Below, in pieces: positions 59,496 to 64,000 of a DNA stretch of 64,000 nucleotides. Position 1 is the first letter of the stretch; each line of letters begins with the position of its first letter. Under the pieces are notes generated by a model. It made no database searches. It was not told where the DNA came from and saw nothing but the letters and a program-made list of their open reading frames with translations. Source of the DNA: Oligoflexia bacterium (GTDB lineage Bacteria; Bdellovibrionota; UBA1018); assembly GCA_963758495.1 (NCBI GenBank), contig CAVWVI010000001.1, positions 321,719 to 385,718 of the forward strand, written 5' to 3'. A program made the translations under genes and the position numbers.

Positions 59496-61238
59496 ATGCT
59501 GATTTTCATTCTGGCTTTCCTTGGCGGAGTACTCACTCTCTTAAGTCCCTGTGTGCTTCCTGTAGTGCCGTTCATCTTTTCTAGATCGGATCAACCCTTT
59601 CGTAAATCGGGATTGCCCATGCTCATTGGAATGATGCTAAGTTTCGCTTCATTTGCGGCGCTTTCAGTCACAGGTGCACGCTGGGTAGTTCAAGCAAATC
59701 AGATTGGAAGAGTGCTCGCGTTGATTGTTTTCGCGGTACTTGGCCTGAGTTTATTATTTTCTCGAGTTGCTGATCGACTGGCTCTCCCTTTCGTACGATT
59801 GGGAGATGCACTTCAAAAGAGAGCAGAACGTCGAATCGGATTAGGTTCATCCTTATTATTGGGTGCGTCGATCGGACTTCTTTGGGCGCCTTGCGCCGGA
59901 CCTATTCTAGGATTAGTTCTAGCGGGAGCTGCATTAGGTCACTCCAGTCAAAGAACCTTTGGACTTCTCCTGGCTTTCGCAATGGGAGCAGCAACATCGC
60001 TGGGTGTCGCGATTTTCGCGGGTGGAAAAGTTCTTCGGACTTTAAAAAAAGGATTCGTCGCAGAAGAATGGATTAAGCGCGCTCTTGGCATCACGGTACT
60101 AGGTGCCGTGATTGCAATCGCACTGGGCCTCGACACCAAAATTCTGGCAAAGCTATCTTACTTCAATACTAACGATCTAGAGCAGCACCTCGTAGACCAG
60201 GCTTCAGGAAACAAATCCAATTCGAGGAGTTCAACTGCTCTGTCAACACCTCTGTCAGATGAAGGTCCACTTCCCTCACTTGAAGGAGCAACCCTTTGGC
60301 TGAACTCTCCACCCCTGTCTGTCGAATCCCTTCGCGGAAAAGTCGTAGTCATTGATTTTTGGACCTACTCTTGTATCAACTGTCTGCGAACGCTGCCGTA
60401 CCTCAAAGAATGGGAAGCAAAATATCATGATCAAGGACTCGTTATTGTGGGAGTTCATACACCTGAGTTTGCCTTTGAGAAAGACTTGGATCATGTGAAA
60501 AACGCGGTCCGAGAACTAGGGATCACCTACCCTATCGCTATCGATAGCAATCAAACCATTTGGGCCACTTTTAAAAATCAATACTGGCCTGCCCACTACT
60601 TCGTCGATGCACAAGGGAGGATTCGCTACCATCACTTCGGTGAGGGAAATTACGAAGAATCAGAACGGGTGATTCAGGAGCTCCTCAGAGAGAGTCATGG
60701 AGAAAGTCAGGCTCCAAAGGCGAATCACTCCTCTAACGTGCCGACGATGATTCAGGGAACAGGAGTAGAAGCTCCCGCGAGTAAGGGCGAAATTGCATCG
60801 CCTGAAACGTATCTCGGATACAACCGCCAAGAAGGCTTTGTGGGGACTCCTGAGATCAACAGAGACAGAAGCGAAAATTATCAAGAGCCCACCGAACTCA
60901 GCTTAAATCAATGGGGCATTTCAGGGAGCTGGAACATCTCTTCTGAAATGGCCACGCTGAAATCTCCCCAAGGGACCCTCTCGTTTCGATTTCGAGCGCG
61001 TGATCTCCATCTTGTCATCGGCGCGCCTGCAGGAAAATCCGTTCGCTACCGCGTGACTCTGGACGGAAGACCCCCTGCTCAGGATCACGGAGAAGACACC
61101 GACTCAGAAGGAAACGGAATGGCTCGAGCACACCGGCTTTATCAATTGATTCGACAGAAGGAGAGCGACAAGGAGCATACGTTTCGAATTGAGTTTTTCG
61201 ATCCGGGAGTAGAAGTTTTTGCGTTTACATTTGGTTAA
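59496..61238 (+). CDS. CcdA/DsbD-type transmembrane electron transporter fused to a thioredoxin-like domain, with a C-terminal extension
   Basis: A TM-region Cys pair (LLSPCVLP...), the Trx motif FWTYSCINC, and an RBS GGAGAAG before the internal Met chosen as the start. Confidence 0.7.
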   Translation: MLIFILAFLGGVLTLLSPCVLPVVPFIFSRSDQPFRKSGLPMLIGMMLSFASFAALSVTGARWVVQANQIGRVLALIVFAVLGLSLLFSRVADRLALPFVRLGDALQKRAERRIGLGSSLLLGASIGLLWAPCAGPILGLVLAGAALGHSSQRTFGLLLAFAMGAATSLGVAIFAGGKVLRTLKKGFVAEEWIKRALGITVLGAVIAIALGLDTKILAKLSYFNTNDLEQHLVDQASGNKSNSRSSTALSTPLSDEGPLPSLEGATLWLNSPPLSVESLRGKVVVIDFWTYSCINCLRTLPYLKEWEAKYHDQGLVIVGVHTPEFAFEKDLDHVKNAVRELGITYPIAIDSNQTIWATFKNQYWPAHYFVDAQGRIRYHHFGEGNYEESERVIQELLRESHGESQAPKANHSSNVPTMIQGTGVEAPASKGEIASPETYLGYNRQEGFVGTPEINRDRSENYQEPTELSLNQWGISGSWNISSEMATLKSPQGTLSFRFRARDLHLVIGAPAGKSVRYRVTLDGRPPAQDHGEDTDSEGNGMARAHRLYQLIRQKESDKEHTFRIEFFDPGVEVFAFTFG

Positions 61239-61377
61239 AATCTAAATGTCTTACTATGCAGCCAATTAGAGAACATCTTGAGCTGCCGATTGCATGAAAT
61301 ACGTAGACTACCATCACAGTAGGTGGCTTCTTTATTTCACCTTTTAGGATGGCCCATGGTTTCAACATGCTTGTCTT

Positions 61378-62253
61378 TTACATCCACTGATAGGAATAAG
61401 TTTCCTGCTTGGGCCAACCTTCAGCCGTTGCTAAGTCCTCACAGAGGGGTCTAATCATATCTTTAATGTGGCGGGGATAAAAGTCGGTCCTATCCAATCC
61501 AGAATGACTAGCCATGATGCTCCAAGGAAATATTTCCTGAGAAACAAAAGGTCTATCGGGGCAGTTTTTGTCAAGGTACTCATCTGGTCCTCCTAAAATA
61601 TGCCCTATTTCATGAGAAATGACTTCGCAGTACCCAGGATCAATTTTACCATCTACTTTTGCGCCATTAGTCACGTACCAAACATGAGAAGAGAAGGGGT
61701 AAAGATCTGTAGGACTACCATCATTCAGAATAATAGCTTCATCAAAATCGTCTAACCACATGGTACTCAGGTATCTTCGCAACGTAAGATCGAGATGAAT
61801 CCCTGATCTTTCAAAATATTCTTTTACTGTCGGAATACACTCAGAAACTACGCCGATCATTTCAGCTTCTCGTTGTACAGAACTGTTACCTGCCGCAACA
61901 CCTAAATGCAGTCGGATATTTGCAAGGCCATCGGAAGCGGGACTCACACGATAGTGGACATCTCCTCCTTGTGGTCTACCGCCAATCTTGCAAACCGAAA
62001 GTGACTCATAATCAACCTTAACCACTCCAGAGCGATTCCCACTAGATACACACCTTCGAACTAAATCTTGATTAGCTGCTCTATGTGCTTGAATTTTAGC
62101 AATTTCATCAGGAGTGAGGGGCCTTATCCAATCTAGGACAGGGGGCGTATAGGGAGGAATCGTTCTGGATCCTCCACAGAAACACAAAAGAAAAGACAAA
62201 GAGACTAAAATGAATGTTCTTTTTAAATGGGTGAGCCTCATAGCGGACTCCAT
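61378..62253 (-). CDS. Snapalysin-like (M7-type) zinc metalloprotease lipoprotein
   Basis: HEIGHILGGPDEY matches the M7 HExxHxxGxPDxY signature; a signal peptide with LLCFCGG. Confidence 0.55.
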   Translation of the reverse strand: MESAMRLTHLKRTFILVSLSFLLCFCGGSRTIPPYTPPVLDWIRPLTPDEIAKIQAHRAANQDLVRRCVSSGNRSGVVKVDYESLSVCKIGGRPQGGDVHYRVSPASDGLANIRLHLGVAAGNSSVQREAEMIGVVSECIPTVKEYFERSGIHLDLTLRRYLSTMWLDDFDEAIILNDGSPTDLYPFSSHVWYVTNGAKVDGKIDPGYCEVISHEIGHILGGPDEYLDKNCPDRPFVSQEIFPWSIMASHSGLDRTDFYPRHIKDMIRPLCEDLATAEGWPKQETYSYQWM

Positions 62254-64000
62254 ACTTTGTTAGTAGGGTCGCAACATCTATTTTCTGTCTTGCTTTTTTT
62301 GCCTTCAATCTTGCATTCATCCGTCTGGAAGGTTTCAACACGCTTGTCTTTGAAATAAAGACGTCCAACAATATAAAAATTCCAATTATTATTTCCAGCT
62401 GGATACATATGAAGTAAGAGCTGGCACTGATTGCCTGAGATAATGTCGTTCATTACACGGTTCAAATCAATTTCTGCAAAATTAGTCGTCCAGTCTTCCC
62501 ATTTTTTTCCGTGATCCTCATGAAGTCTCCACTGCCCAAGGTGGTTTCTATCTGACTTTCTTACGATTTCGATATCCAGCATCGAATCATGGTCAAGCTC
62601 TTGGTTGGTTGTGTGAAACTCTAACTGAACTTTGACTAGATTTTTGTCGTCAATCAACTCCTCTCGCGTTTTTTCTCTAGGGAGTTTTCCCTGTGGCCAC
62701 CCAAGATGAAGAGCAGTACAGTCTTTTGGGTTATCGAAGCAAGCTTGTGCTTTTTCATCGATTTGTCTGATGATGGCATCGGTCTGACGTTTGTATTCGG
62801 AGATTTCAGACTTAGCCACTTTACCCAGCTCAAATTTGTAAGCGCTTATATTTTCCATAATCGATTCACACATCTGTGATTTAGCCCAAGCCCGATCACT
62901 CGCTTCAGCAAGCTGGAATAATGCTCGTCTTTGTTTTTCTAAAGTAGGCGTGAGAATCGGCATATCAGCCACAACGCTATAAGGGAGTGCGGTCAGTGAA
63001 ATCAATGAAGGAGATTGATTACTTTGAACATGAATTGCAAGTGCATTTGCATAGGAGAGATTTGCACCCAAATCTTCATGATCAGGAAGAACGCCAAGTC
63101 CACCCTTCTTAAAAGTTTGTGACTGAACTCTGGATTTAGATTTAATCTCATCCAAAGTTGATTTGATAGCGGCGCTGGCACTCCAAGTCAGTCCTGTTGC
63201 TGTGAGTTTTGAGTTGAAATCTGATTTTTGTGAAGATGAGCTGGTCTCGATTTTCAGAACATGCCAGAACTCGCCCCCGGTCGTTCGACCTGCAATGAAC
63301 GAATCACCGCAGCGTCTATAAAATTCCATGGGACTTTGCGCTAATAAATCCTTGCCTGTTTGGGTGAGTCGATATTGATTCATCAACTCACTTTCGTTCG
63401 TAATTCTCGCGTAAATCACAACATAGAGGCTATTCGAGTACTTTTTGGATTCGTTAAAGTAATGAGTGGTCGTGTCTACCCCTACACCGAAAAAACCAAA
63501 AGAAGCTTGTGCGTCGATCCCCAGTGATGATCTCAGTTCTGAAGAATCCTTGGCAATGGATATCTTTCGATACAAAACCTGCCCGTGAGGCAATCTGACT
63601 CCGCCTTCTGCGAATGGATCGTTTTGTCCTATTGAATGAAGATTCGCTACTTCAACACACTCAGAACCTGCAGCTCCGCTTACGGAGTTGTAGCCTCTAC
63701 CTAGAGTGTGGGGAGAACCTTCTTCTATGGGTAATAGGATTCTACCTCCCACCATGGATTGTCCTCGGTGCTCTGATTCTCCTTTCTGCGAATGCTTCTC
63801 TACAATTCGCAATTCCCAAACTTGATTAGGATGGGTTTCAGGACCATAGCAAGTCCATTGTTGAACTCGAGTCCCATTCGAAGCGATGGATGAGATGTCA
63901 GCATCCAAGCATTTTCCAGAATGCAGTGCCTTGATGTGAAATCCTCCCCCTTTCGCTGGAAGTAAATTCCAAAGTTGATTGAATTGTTTATCGCCTCGCG
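62238..64000 (-). CDS. 3'-part of a gene for a ricin-B-lectin-like domain plus a MACPF-like domain protein (N-terminus beyond the window end)
   Basis: QQW/QVW lectin-like triads near the listed N-terminus, with the frame open upstream to the window edge. A MACPF-like segment EFYRRCGDSFIAGRTTGGEFWHVL resembles Y-G-T-H-F...GG. Confidence 0.4.
   Translation of the reverse strand, partial: RGDKQFNQLWNLLPAKGGGFHIKALHSGKCLDADISSIASNGTRVQQWTCYGPETHPNQVWELRIVEKHSQKGESEHRGQSMVGGRILLPIEEGSPHTLGRGYNSVSGAAGSECVEVANLHSIGQNDPFAEGGVRLPHGQVLYRKISIAKDSSELRSSLGIDAQASFGFFGVGVDTTTHYFNESKKYSNSLYVVIYARITNESELMNQYRLTQTGKDLLAQSPMEFYRRCGDSFIAGRTTGGEFWHVLKIETSSSSQKSDFNSKLTATGLTWSASAAIKSTLDEIKSKSRVQSQTFKKGGLGVLPDHEDLGANLSYANALAIHVQSNQSPSLISLTALPYSVVADMPILTPTLEKQRRALFQLAEASDRAWAKSQMCESIMENISAYKFELGKVAKSEISEYKRQTDAIIRQIDEKAQACFDNPKDCTALHLGWPQGKLPREKTREELIDDKNLVKVQLEFHTTNQELDHDSMLDIEIVRKSDRNHLGQWRLHEDHGKKWEDWTTNFAEIDLNRVMNDIISGNQCQLLLHMYPAGNNNWNFYIVGRLYFKDKRVETFQTDECKIEGKKSKTENRCCDPTNKVWSPL

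Overview
A 64-kb bacterial chromosomal window of about 48% GC, with gene content reminiscent of Bdellovibrio-like or other deltaproteobacteria-like organisms (taxonomy is an inference). Most of it is core metabolism and signalling. Bases 14416-23414 (minus strand) carry a complete pentose-phosphate operon, tkt-zwf-gnd-rpe, that begins with a 1200-aa Pgl-Tal-Pgi trifunctional fusion. Bases 24685-30347 carry a valine-catabolism operon, mmsA, an acyl-CoA dehydrogenase, 3-hydroxyisobutyryl-CoA hydrolase, mmsB and an enoyl-CoA hydratase. Other recognisable blocks are an SOS mutagenesis locus (SRAP divergent from lexA-imuA-imuB-dnaE2), ahpC-ahpF and a CcdA-thioredoxin fusion, a redox and cytochrome c lipoprotein cluster, several PAS histidine kinases including a 2023-aa Ser/Thr-kinase-NTPase-TPR-GAF-PAS-HK giant, an arylsulfatase, a multicopper oxidase, and a snapalysin-like protease next to a ricin-B/MACPF-like protein. 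The accessory content is concentrated in two places. At 1.5-7.4 kb a DUF222-HNH endonuclease gene, itself flanked by 112-bp inverted repeats, is split by an IS200/IS605 element with divergent tnpA and tnpB. The tnpB gene of that element is in turn interrupted by a group II intron carrying an intact RT/maturase/HNH ORF, giving three or four levels of nested mobile DNA. At 30.4-31.6 kb there is a 630-bp imperfect palindrome with 190-bp arms around a promoter-like core, beside frameshifted ORF remnants. A 21-bp motif, GTAAGTAGTTCCTTTAGGGCT, recurs three times at gene boundaries. No rRNA or CRISPR was seen, and no tRNA was recognised by eye in the intergenic regions examined (no systematic scan was possible).
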